Source: Macrostomum lignano (lineage: Eukaryota). From it: a stretch of 64,000 bases of DNA. The position numbers and the translations under genes were made by a program. The stretch spans positions 62,001-126,000 of the forward strand of contig NIVC01000637.1 in NCBI GenBank assembly GCA_002269645.1, read 5' to 3'. Position 1 is the first letter of the stretch. The number at the start of each line of letters is the position of its first letter. Positions 37,266-48,078 of the stretch are shown one piece after another. Below the pieces are notes generated by a model. It did not search any database and was not told the DNA's origin. It saw only the letters and a list, made by a program, of their open reading frames with translations.

Positions 37266-37773
37266 GAGCATTGTTGAGGATCAGAGCGAAACACCGGGCA
37301 GCTCTTCAGCTGCTCTGCATTCATGCAGGTCTGCTGGAAAGCACTTTCGTCCCCTCCTCACTCCTTTCTCCAGTTGCCGGGCAAATTTCACAGCCAATTT
37401 GAGACCTCTCGCTTCGCTCTCCTGTGCTGCGGCGGGAACTCAACTGAATGATGCTTACCGCAGGCAGAGCTGGCAGGGAGAAGCTCTTTGAATTGTTGCC
37501 TTTCTGTTCATTGACTCACGGCTGGCTCTACAGTTCGCAGTCAGGCCGGGGCTCTGAATGGGAGCTGCTAGTTAGTTGGCACGCTCCCATGCGCCCAAAC
37601 AATCAGCAGATTAAACAAAGGTGCGTAAGGAGGCTGAGATGAAGATGAAGATGAGCAGAAAACATATTTAACAAAGATATCTTCCCAAACCAGTGAAAAG
37701 AAAACAAGACAAATCCAATGAAAAGCATCTTGCAAAGCAGAAAGGCAGCGCAACAAGCGAAATAATTCCAACA

Positions 37774-40700
37774 ATGGCAGGTGAAAATCTCTCTATTTTT
37801 AGTCGGAAAACGCAGGTGAGTCTGAGATTTTCAATTCGGGTCTAATGCTACAATTTTCTTAGCTAGAATAATTATGCTAATCGGTTCGAACACTGTAACT
37901 GAGGGTCTCAGCTCACCCATGCACACTGTGACTGAGGGTCTCAGCTCACCCATTCACACTGTGACTGAGTGCCTCAGCTCACCCATGCACACTGTGACTG
38001 AGTGCCTCAGCTCACCCATTCACACTGTGACTGAGTGCCTCAGCTCACCCATGCACACACTGTGACTGAGGGTCTCAGCTCACCCATGCACACTGTGACT
38101 GAGGGTCTCAGCTCACCCATGCACACTGTGACTGAGTGCCTCAGCTCACCCATAGCAACTCTACATTTTGCTGATATTTCAGGTTGCCCAAACGGGAGCC
38201 GAGCTGGCGAAGGCGCTGGCCTCGGTCAGCTACTGTCTGCTGCTGCCGCTGCTGCTGCTTCTGCCAGTTTTTGAGGCTGATGCGGCGCAGCACTGCGGCT
38301 CGAGACTGACCTTCTTGCCCAGAAATCCGGCCGCCTCCTGCTCTGATGACCGGCTGCGCGACGCACTGAGCAGCTGCGCCATGAGATGCGCTTTGGAGGC
38401 TCGCTGCCGCGGTGTTCGCCTCGCTGATAACGGCGGAAGCGGCGGCGTCTGCGCCCTGCTGAGCAGCGAGCTGGAGGTCAACGCGAGTGCGACTGCCGCC
38501 AGCGCGACCGACTGCACGGGCGACCGGGTGTTGGCATGGAAGCCTGGTAAGTTGCAGTGCGGGGCTTCAGTTCCATTTGGCTGGCAAGTTGCAGTGCGGG
38601 GCTTCAGTTCCATTTGGCTGGCAAGTTGCAGTGCGGGGCTTCAGTTCCATTTGGCTGGCAAGTTGCAGTGCGGGGCTTCAGTTCCATTTGGCTGGCAAGT
38701 TGCAGTGCGGGGCTTCAGTTCCATTTGGCTGGCAAGTTGCAGTGCGGGGCTTCAGTTCCATTTGGCTGGCAAGTTGCAGTGCGGGGCTTCAGTTCCATTT
38801 GGCTGGCAAGTTGCAGTGCGGGGCTTCAGTTCCATTTGGCTGGCAAGTTGCAGTCAGGGGCTTCAGTTCCATTTGGCTGGCAAGTTGCAGTCAGGGGCTT
38901 CAGTTCCATTTGGCTGGCAGCAAGTTGCAGTCAGGGGCTTCAGTTCCATTAGGCTGGCAACAAGTTGCAGTCAGGGAAGCTTCAGTTCCATTCGGCTGGC
39001 AGGTTGCATTCAGGGGCTTCAGTTCCATTTGGCTGGCAAGTGGCAGTCAGGGGCTTCAGTTCCATTTGGCTGGCAGCAAGTTGCAGTCAGGGGCTTCAGT
39101 TCCATTTGGCTGGCAGCAAGTTGCAGTCAGGGGCTTCATTTCCATTTGGCTGGCAGCAAGTTGCAGTCAGGGGCTTCAGTTCCATTTGGCTGGCAGCAAG
39201 TTGCAGTCAGGGGCTTCAGTTCCATTTGGCTGGCAGCAAGTTGCAGTCAGGGGCTTCAGTTCCATTTGGCTGGCAAGTTGCAGTCAGGGGCTTCAGTTCG
39301 GTTTGGCTGGCAAGTTGCAGTCAGGGGCTTCAGTTCGGTTTGGCTGGCAAGTTGCAGTCAGGGGCTTCAGTTCCATTTGGCTGGCAGCAAGTTGCAGGAA
39401 GCTGATCCAGTTATTTTGCAGAGGCTGAGATGCCAGCTAGCGAGAAGGCAAGCCAGCATGCATTTATGCTGAGCCCCGAGCACTCCTTAAGCCATTAGGC
39501 CGAATGTAAGCCTAAATTACCATGGGTGCGCAATTGATGAAGATATTTATTAATGAAATTGCGATCATAACCTGTTACTTACCGACTAGAGAGAAACTGT
39601 TTGGTGAGTTGTGGCAATGTTCAGTTCTTTAAAAGTCTGAAGAGTTCGCTTTAGCACACTAGAGAGAGAGGGAAAGAGAGAATTAAGTCTAGTGTCTAAA
39701 CTCACGAACTCCCACTTCCAGATGTTAAGCCTGGGAACAGAATTCAGTGATCACTTACTGATGCGGGCTCCTCTTCTTTGTCGGGCAGGTTCTCCGAGCT
39801 CCTTTCTTCGAATATTCTTCCTCCGGAGTATTATCTTGAATTCTATAAATCGGCCGAATGTAAGAGCGTATATCTAAGAGTAAGAGTCAATATATTCCTC
39901 GAGTGCAGAAGTCAATATATTCCTCGAGTGCAGAAGTCAATATATTCCTCGAGTGCAGAAGTCAATATATTCCTCGCGTGCAGAAGTCAATATATTCCTC
40001 GCGTGCAGAAGTCAATATATTCCTCGCGTGCAGAAGTCAATATATTCCTCGCGTGCAGAAGTCAATATATTCCTCGCGTGCAGAAGTCAATATATTCCTC
40101 GCGTGCAGAAGTCAATATATTCCTCGAGTGCAGAAGTCAATATATTCCTCGCGTGCAGAAATCAATATATTCCTCGAGTGCAGAAGTCAATATATTCCTC
40201 GCGTGCAGAAGTCAATATATTCCTCGCGTGCAGAAGTCAATATATTCCTCGCGTGCAGAAATCAATATATTCCTCGCGTGCAGAAATCAATATATTCCTC
40301 GCGTGCAGAAGTCAATATATTCCTCGAGTGCAGAAGTCAATATATTCCTCGCGTGCAGAAGTCAATATATTCCTCGCGTGCAGAAGTCAATATATTCCTC
40401 GCGTGCAGAAGTCAATATATTCCTCGCGTGCAGAAGTCAATATATTCCTCGAGTGCAGAAGTCAATATATTCCTCGCGTGCAGAAGTCAATATATTCCTC
40501 GAGTGCAGAAGTCAATATATTCCTCGCGTGCAGAAATCAATATATTTCTCGCGTGCAGAAGTCAATATATTCCACGAGTGCAGAAGTCAATATATTCCTC
40601 GCGTGCAGAAGTCAATATATTCCTCGCGTGCAGAAATCAATATATTCCTCGAGTGCAGAAATCAATATATTCCTCGCGTGCAGACGTCAATATATTCCTC

Positions 40701-42006
40701 GAGTGCAGAAGTCAATATATTCCTCGAGTGCAGAAGTCAATATATTCCTCGAGTGCAGAAGTCAATATATTCCTCGCGTGCAGAAGTCAATATATTCCTC
40801 GAGTGCAGAAGTCAATATATTCCTCGCGTGCAGAAGTCAATATATTCCTCGAGTGCTGAGATCAGAGATGCGCCCTAATAACAAAGTCAACTCTAAAACA
40901 ATAACGAGGTCCTCCAGAAAGGGTGTCTTCTTCTAGAAATAACGGAATCGGAGTCGTGTGCCCGTATCGATTACTCTAGGGTACCAAAATCAATCAATCA
41001 ATAATCCTCTAAGGGTATCGGAATCGGTCCGCAGATCCTATCCAATCCTTTAGGAAAAGGAAGGCCTCAAACTTAATAGACTTAGTGAACTCAACTGATC
41101 AGTAACGGCCGGCAATAACGCAGCTCTCAATAATCAAATAACGAAGACTCGAACAAAGACTTACCGAATGGTATTTATTTCCCTCGGAGATGTAGCCTCG
41201 CTTAACTGCTTCGGCAAACTCAAGATCTTTGGAGGCTGCTCCGAGTCTGAGATTTTAGCTCGGATTTTGGCTTGTATTTATAGGCAAGTTTTTTACGTAT
41301 TAACATGATTCCTCTTTTTGTTATAAATGGTAAGCCGACTCATCTTTCATCATATGTAGTAACATGATACATCTTCCCATTATAAATAGTAACATGCTTC
41401 ATAGCTTCGTTATAAATAGTAACCTGATTCACAGTTTAAGTTTTGCTGCGCATGTTTGCATTAGTCTACTTACAGTAGCATTTTATGAATAATTATACTC
41501 TACAAGTCAAGATTAGAGTGAAGCAGTTTACTCAAGGCAAACAAGGGTGACGAGAGCAAGCTTTAAGCTATGAGCATAAACATTATTTTAAATAAAACAT
41601 TCCAGAGCAGCTGCAGCTGTCAGGATGTAGCGAGTCAAGCACACTTGAAGGAAACTGCAACAATGCCATTGACGGAAGCGTGGACCAAAACCACAATCCT
41701 GGAGCCGTCTGCACCCATACTGACCGGGCAACAGTGGCCAACGAGTGGTGGCAGGCCTCCATGACCTCCAGGGCCTTCGTCAGTCTGGTGCGCATCTACA
41801 ACCGGCAGGACTGCTGCGAGACAAGACTGAAGAACTTCGCGATCTCAGTGGACGGCCTGCAGTGCGCCAGCTACAACTCCACCCAGGCATTCAGCATCGA
41901 GGACTTTCCTTGCGAGCAGGTTGGCACGACTCTCATGGTCACGCAGCGCTTCAGTAATGAGTTCCTCACCCTGTGCGAGGTCATCGCGTTCGGACGGCTG
42001 CTGTGA
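37774..42006 (+). CDS. PAN/Apple-like + F-type lectin protein, copy B (about 268 aa)
   Basis: Exons 37774-37815, 38183-38546 (GT donor), 41606-42006. Binding loop RQDCCETRL. Confidence 0.85.
37893..38155. repeat. 33-bp lectin intron-1 minisatellite (copy B)
   Basis: Same unit as 25975. Confidence 0.95.
38547..39395. repeat. 37/40-bp donor-derived minisatellite (copy B intron 2)
   Basis: First unit begins GTAAGT; later units begin GCAAGT. Confidence 0.95.
39638..41504 (-). mobile_element. Solo LTR containing a 25-bp minisatellite, in intron 2 of lectin copy B
   Basis: Ends TGAAGAGT..ACTCTACA with 4-bp TSD AGTC (39634-39637, 41505-41508). The empty site is present in copy A (about 34220-34235). 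TATAAA (about 41280) and AATAAA (about 41175) are on the minus strand. Confidence 0.75.
39885..40856. repeat. 25-bp minisatellite inside the solo LTR
   Basis: GTGCAGAAGTCAATATATTCCTCG(C/A). Confidence 0.95.
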
Positions 42007-42099
42007 AGAAAGAAGAAGTGACCGGCCAAGTGTTTCTCAGCAAAGTCGATGGCTGATGCTGATTTGTGAAGTGAAAGCAGACGGTTACTTTGAAGCTGA

Positions 42100-42518
42100 T
42101 CAACTGTAGCCATGAGCACACCTATGCTAAACATGATCAACTGTAGCCATGAGCACACCTATGCTAAACATGATCAACTGTAGCCATGAGCACACCTATG
42201 CTAAACATGATCAACTGAAGCCACGAGCACACCTATGCTAAACATGATCAACTGTAGCCATGAGCACACCTATGCTAAACATGATCAACTGAAGCCTTGA
42301 GCACACCTATGCTAAACATGATCAACTGTAGCCATGAGCACACCTATGCTAAACATGATCAACTGTAGCCATGAGCACACCTATGCTAAACATGATCAAC
42401 TGTAGCAATGAGCACACCTATGCTAAACATGATCAACTGTAGCCATGAGCACACCTATGCTAAACATGATCAACTGTAGCCATGAGCACACCTATGCTAA
42501 ACATGATCAACTGTAGCC
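42100..42518. repeat. 37-bp minisatellite 3' of copy B
   Basis: Same unit as 34785. Confidence 0.95.
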
Positions 42519-42814
42519 AGTACACCTATTATATGTTAAACATACACCTATACAATCTGGAGCTTTTCTCTCGATTTTTCTTCACTACATAATGTTGCCT
42601 AGAATTACTGCCTGTCCCTTAATTTACACACAAAACAGATTTTATCATTGTTTCAGACGTAACTCTTATCCGATAGATTTGACAGCATCAGCCCCACAAA
42701 TGATTGACAGGTTTGCGAACTTACATCAAATATGAAAAGCAAGCCAGCTGTGCAGCACCTGCAACTTTTTTGTTTCTCCATCAACCAGCCCAGTTTCCCA
42801 CAGTGCAATGATAA

Positions 42815-43205
42815 GCCTGCCCTCAGCCTGCCCTCAGCCTGCCCTCAGCCTGTCCTCAGCCTGCCTCAGCCTGTCCTCAGCCTGTCCTCAGCCTGCTCTC
42901 AGCCTGCCCTCAGCCTGTCCTCAGCCGGCCCTCAGCCTGCCCTCAGCCCGCCTCAGCCTGTCCTCAGCCTGCCCTCAGCCTGCCCTCAGCCCGCCTCAGC
43001 CTGCCCTCAGCCTGCCCTCAGCCTGTCCTCAGCCGGCCCTCAGCCTGCCCTCAGCCCGCCTCAGCCTGTCATCAGCCTGCCCTCAGCCTGCCCTCAGCCT
43101 GTCCTCAGCCTGCCCTCAGCCCGCCTCAGCCTGCCCTCAGCCTGCCCTCAGCCTGTCCTCAGCCGGCCCTCAGCCTGCCCTCAGCCTGTCCTCAGCCGGC
43201 CCTCA
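42815..43205. repeat. 11-bp repeat
   Basis: Same unit as 35422. Confidence 0.92.
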
Positions 43206-43547
43206 AAGTGAAAGTTTTCAATCTCTTTCTGAACGATACAACAGCGAATTACCTGCTGTCTGAAATAAACAAAAGCATATTTATATCAAATAAGTCTTAA
43301 AAGTCCTCTCGCAGTTTCTGTAAAATTTTGTCGGCTTTTCATTTTATTTGACTTGCAACTTTCGGTCCTCAGCAGTGCTCTCATGCAGCTGGAATGCCAG
43401 GCTGACCATGCAAACATTTCCCGAGTGGAAAGCTTATAAAATGATAAATGTACACATTTTAGTCACGATAAAATTATTTCACGATAATAATTTTAATTAT
43501 TTTAATTATTTCACGATTTATTCACGATAAAATTTTTTCACGATTAT

Positions 43548-43688
43548 CAGAGAATCATCAGAGAATCATCAAAGAATCATCAGAGAGTCATCAGAACATC
43601 ATCAGAGAATCATCAGAGAATCATAAAAGAATCATCAAAGAATCATCAGAGAGTCATCAGAAAATCATCAGAGAATCATCAGAGAATC
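43548..43688. repeat. 11-bp repeat
   Basis: Same unit as 36818. Confidence 0.9.
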
Positions 43689-44357
43689 TAACATTAAAAT
43701 CACGAATCTTAAAGTTCATGCAGCATTTGAATGCTAAACCCACACACAGGCAGTCATAGGAGATCTTTCGTTCCCTTCCTGCAGATTCTGTGGCTGGGAA
43801 CAGCAAAAAGTGACTGGGATGCCAAACACGTCAATTCTCCTCCTCTTGGGCCTCGCAATGAGGATCAGAGCGAAACACCGGCCAGCTTCCCAGCTGCTCT
43901 GCATTCATGCAGGTGTGCTGGAGAGCATTTTCGTCCCCTCCTCAATTCTTCCTCCCGTTGCCGGGGCAACGATCACAGACAATGTGAAACCGCTCGCTTC
44001 GCTTCTTGGGCTGTTGGCGCCACTCTCGACTGTGGCAGCACAGCAGGCAGAGTTGACAGGGAGAAGCTCTTTGAATTGTTGCCTTTCTGTTGACTGACTC
44101 ACGGCGCTACGGCTCCGCAGTCAGGCCGGGGCTCTGAATGGGAGCTGCTGGTTAGTTGGCATGCTCTGTGCGCCTAAGCAACCATGCAGCAGACTTAAAC
44201 AATGGTGTGTTAAGGAGGAGGCTGAGAAGACACTTGAATGAAGATGAGCAGAAAACATATTTAGCAAAGAAACCTTCCGAACTCTGTAAAAAAGCGAGAC
44301 AAATTTAAAGCATTTTGCAAAGCAGAAAGGCAGCGCAGCAAGACAAGGCTTTCCAAC

Positions 44358-46759
44358 ATGGCAGGTGCAAACCTCTCTGTTTCTGGTCGGAAAACGCAGG
44401 TGAGTCGGAGATTTTCGATTCGGGTCTGATGCTACAATTTTCTTGGTTGGACTAATTATGCTTATCGATTGAAACACTGTGACTGAGGGTCTCAGCTCAC
44501 CCATGCACACTGTGACTGAGAGCCTCAGCTCACCCATGCACACTGTGACTGAGGGTCTCAGCTCACCCATGCACACTGTGACTGAGGGTCTCAGCTCACC
44601 CATGCACACTGTGACTGACGGTCTCAGCTCACCCATGCACACTGTGACTGAGTGCCTCAGCTCACCCATGCACACTGTGACTGAGTGCCTCAGCTCACCC
44701 ATGCACACTGTGACTGAGGGTCTCAGCTCCTTCATGCACACTGTGACTGAGGGTCATAGCTCACCAATGCACACTGTGACTGAGGGTCTCAGCTCACCCA
44801 TGCACACTGTGACTGAGTGCCTCAGCTCACCAATGCACACTGTGACTGAGGGTCTCAGCTTACCCATAGCAACTCCACATATTGCTGACATTTCAGGTTG
44901 CCCAAACGCGAGCCGAGCTGGTGAAGGCGCTGGCCGCGGTCAGCTACTGCCTGCTGCTGCCGCTGCTGCTGCTTCTGCCAGTTTTTGAGGCTGATGCGGC
45001 GCAGCACCGCAGCTCAGTATCGACCTTTCTGCCCAGAAATCCGGCCGCCTCCTGCTCCGACGGCAGGTTTTGGGACGCACTGTCCCGCTGTTCCATGAGA
45101 TGCGCTGTGGAGGCTCGCTGCCGCGGAATTCGCCTCGCTGATAACGGCGGAAGCGGCGGCGTCTGCGCCCTGCTGAGCAGCGAGCTGGAGGTCAACGCGA
45201 GTGCGAGTGCCGCCAGCGCGACCGACTGCACGGGCGACCGGGTGTTTGAAATGAAATGGAAGATTGGCAAGTTGCAGTGCGGGGAAGCTTCATTCGATTC
45301 AATGAATTTTACGAAGATAAATTAGGTATGTTATGAGATTATTAGGTCATTAGGTTTTTGTACAGAACAACCGTATGTGGATAGACTGATCCTCTGAGCT
45401 CAAAGTAAACAAATAAACTAACACACAGCCCACACACTCAAACAGGGCTCCACGGACTCTTCTTCTTTAAGTGTTAAAGCACGGATAGCTGAAGCAGAAG
45501 GATGCTAGACTCGATTTTCTTAGAAACGAGATGCGAACTCGTAGAGGCCAGAAAGGAATTTATATTTGTCGCATTGCTGCACCGTTCTACCGGTTTATTT
45601 TGACCATTGTCTGGCACTTGTTTGCATTTTTATGACCGCTGATTATTTATCCAAAGTCACATCAAACAAACAAAAATCAGTAAGAACCCCCTCATTCCCC
45701 ACGACTCCAGAGAATCAATAAGAACACACCACACCTTAGCAATGTTGAATAACAAGCAACAAGATTAGCAATGTTGACAGAGGCAGAATCATTGTGAGTC
45801 TAAGTATAAGTCTCAAGACACGGAAATTGTATATCAGTAAAAAGCTTAATGGTTAACAGCAAGCTGGCAAGGGAACTGCCAGACGAAACACCACGGGGCG
45901 CTTGAAGTTCTGCGAGTCGATTTGTTCAACGGAGGATGTCACAATCTGTAAATATAATTGAAGAGTTCGAATCGATACCCGGGGCCGGCCAGCTCACAGT
46001 GACTGAATAGAAAGAAGTGTCGCGAGTTTTTCGATGCGAATTTGGTCAAAATAGGCGACAAAACGGCGTAGCGCTGCAGAGAACGCATAGCGCTGAATTG
46101 GTTTTTGCCATAGACAAATCCGGTCGAGAAAAATCCGTGTTGCTCGAGAGCATGCTGAAGGCACTGGCGTTGCGACAAACATTCGTTCCTTACCGGCTCT
46201 TCGGCTCATTTCTAAGAAAATCCAGTGTGGGGTCCATATGTTAGAGCTTTCAAAGCTTAAACCCTAAATTATCGCCTGACATTTCTACGCAGGAGCAGGA
46301 CTGTTCTAAATTGAAGTCTTCAGGTAGTTAATACTCGCTCAATCGAACAAAAACATTCCAGAGCAGCTGCAGCTGTCAGGATGTAGCGAGTCAAGCACAC
46401 TTGAAGGCAACTGCAACAACGCCATTGACGGAAGCCTGGACCAAAACCACAACGCCGGGGCCGTCTGCACCCATACCCAGGCAACAGTGGGCAACGAGTG
46501 GTGGCAGGCCTCCATGGCCTCCAGGGCCTTCGTCAGTCTGGTGCGCATCTACAACCGGCAGGACGGCAACGAGGGCAGACTGAATAACTTCGCGATCTCC
46601 GTGGACGGCCTGCAGTGCGCCAGCTACAACTCCACCCAGGCATTCAGCATCAAGGACTTTCCTTGCGAGCAGGTTGGCACGACTCTCAAGGTCACGCAGC
46701 GCTTCAGTAATGAGTTCCTCACCCTGTGCGAAGTCATCGTCTTCGGACGGCTGCTGTGA
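44358..46759 (+). CDS. PAN/Apple-like + F-type lectin protein, copy C (about 269 aa)
   Basis: Exons 44358-44399, 44897-45266 (GC donor), 46362-46759. Loop RQDGNEGRL; first mature Cys replaced by Arg (QHRSS). Confidence 0.8.
44476..44870. repeat. 33-bp lectin intron-1 minisatellite (copy C)
   Basis: Same unit as 25975. Confidence 0.95.
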
Positions 46760-46851
46760 AGGAAGAAGCGACCGGCCAAGCGTTTCTTAGCGGAGTCGAA
46801 TGCGGTTGCTGCTGAAATAGTGAAAGAAAACAAAAGCTGAAAAAGAAACTT

Positions 46852-47138
46852 GAATACTCTACAATACTCTGAAATACCCTGCAATACCCTTTAATACTCT
46901 GAAACTCTGCAATACTCTGTAATACTCTGCAATACTCTGTAATGCTCTGCAATAACCTTTAATACTCTGTAATACTCTGCAATACTCTGTAATACTCTGC
47001 AATACTCTGTAATACTCTGCAATACTCTGTAATGCTCTGCAATAACCTTTAATACTCTGTAATACTCTGCAATACCCTGTAATACTCTGCAATACCCTGT
47101 AATACTCTGCAATACTCTGAAATACCCTGCAATACTCT
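46852..47138. repeat. 10-bp repeat
   Basis: AATACTCTG(C/T). Confidence 0.92.
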
Positions 47139-47216
47139 ACTGAAGGTAATATGGTTGCGCATTGCATCAAGCCAGTTCACCTCTGGCTACTGCCACAAGG
47201 CTTTGACCTTGACAGC

Positions 47217-47221
<5 letters not shown>

Positions 47222-47257
<36 letters not shown>

Positions 47258-47265
47258 ACTCTCTC
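47222..47265. repeat. (TC)n microsatellite
   Basis: Direct reading. Confidence 0.9.
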
Positions 47266-47320
47266 TGGTTGAGGCGTGAAGTTTTTACAAGCTCTTTTCT
47301 AGAAATTTAGGCCGACAGCA

Positions 47321-47603
47321 GGGGCCGTAGCCCAGTTGTCTAGCACGGCGCTCTTGTGTGCCAGCGGCCCAGGCTTGGGTCTGTTAGTGTGATTAACGCC
47401 CTTGGCACAAGGTTACATGCCTAACGGTGAATTAAGTGAGGGCCGCTGTGCACTCCTGTGTGAGTAGTGTGTGCCTGTGTGTGCATGACTGCGCAGTGCG
47501 CACGCATCCGAGCGCTTGTGTGCCTGCTCAGGGGAGTCAGCGGAATGACAATTTCGCTAAAAGTGCGCCAGGGTGCACACAGCCCCTCTGCCTCTAATAA
47601 AAA
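47321..47603 (+). mobile_element. SINE copy with tRNA-like 5' end and A-rich tail
   Basis: GGGGCCGTAGCCCAGTTG head with a degraded B-box; the body and AATAAAAA tail match 19740-19977. Confidence 0.65.
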
Positions 47604-48078
47604 GTTAGCCAGACAGTTGGAAATGTTTGTTTACAAAGAATTGATTGACGCAAACAGCAGCAATAGCCACTTAATTGATTCTGTCGGTCATGTTTGGCTC
47701 GGTGTATTTTCTCTAATGGCTGCATTGTCTTGAGAGCCTCTGCGGACTAGTGGGAGGCAGCAGCAGCACTCAAGTGGGGCAGGCAAAAACCGAGGCTGGC
47801 GGGTCTCCTATGCCGTGCGATGTCGGTAATTTTGCTAATTTTCCCTGCCAACTGACCTACCAAATCCACGCACTCCGATTGTTATTGATTGGGTCCGGGA
47901 ATAGCGACAAAAAAGTGGGCACCTGCAGAAATAGACAGGTAGCAGAGACGATAGTATAAAATCACCCACAGTGCTTCAGTGAATGCCAAATAATTGGCAG
48001 TTGCGCCCCGCAGCTGCAGTTTCTTTTCATTACAGCAGCCTATTTCTGTATATTCGGCATCTGCTGAGTCGAGTCTGC

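Noticed and set aside
45329-45943. Possible solo LTR (TGTT..CACA) in copy C intron 2
   Set aside because: No target-site duplication (AGGTA versus ATCTG) and no second copy in the window.
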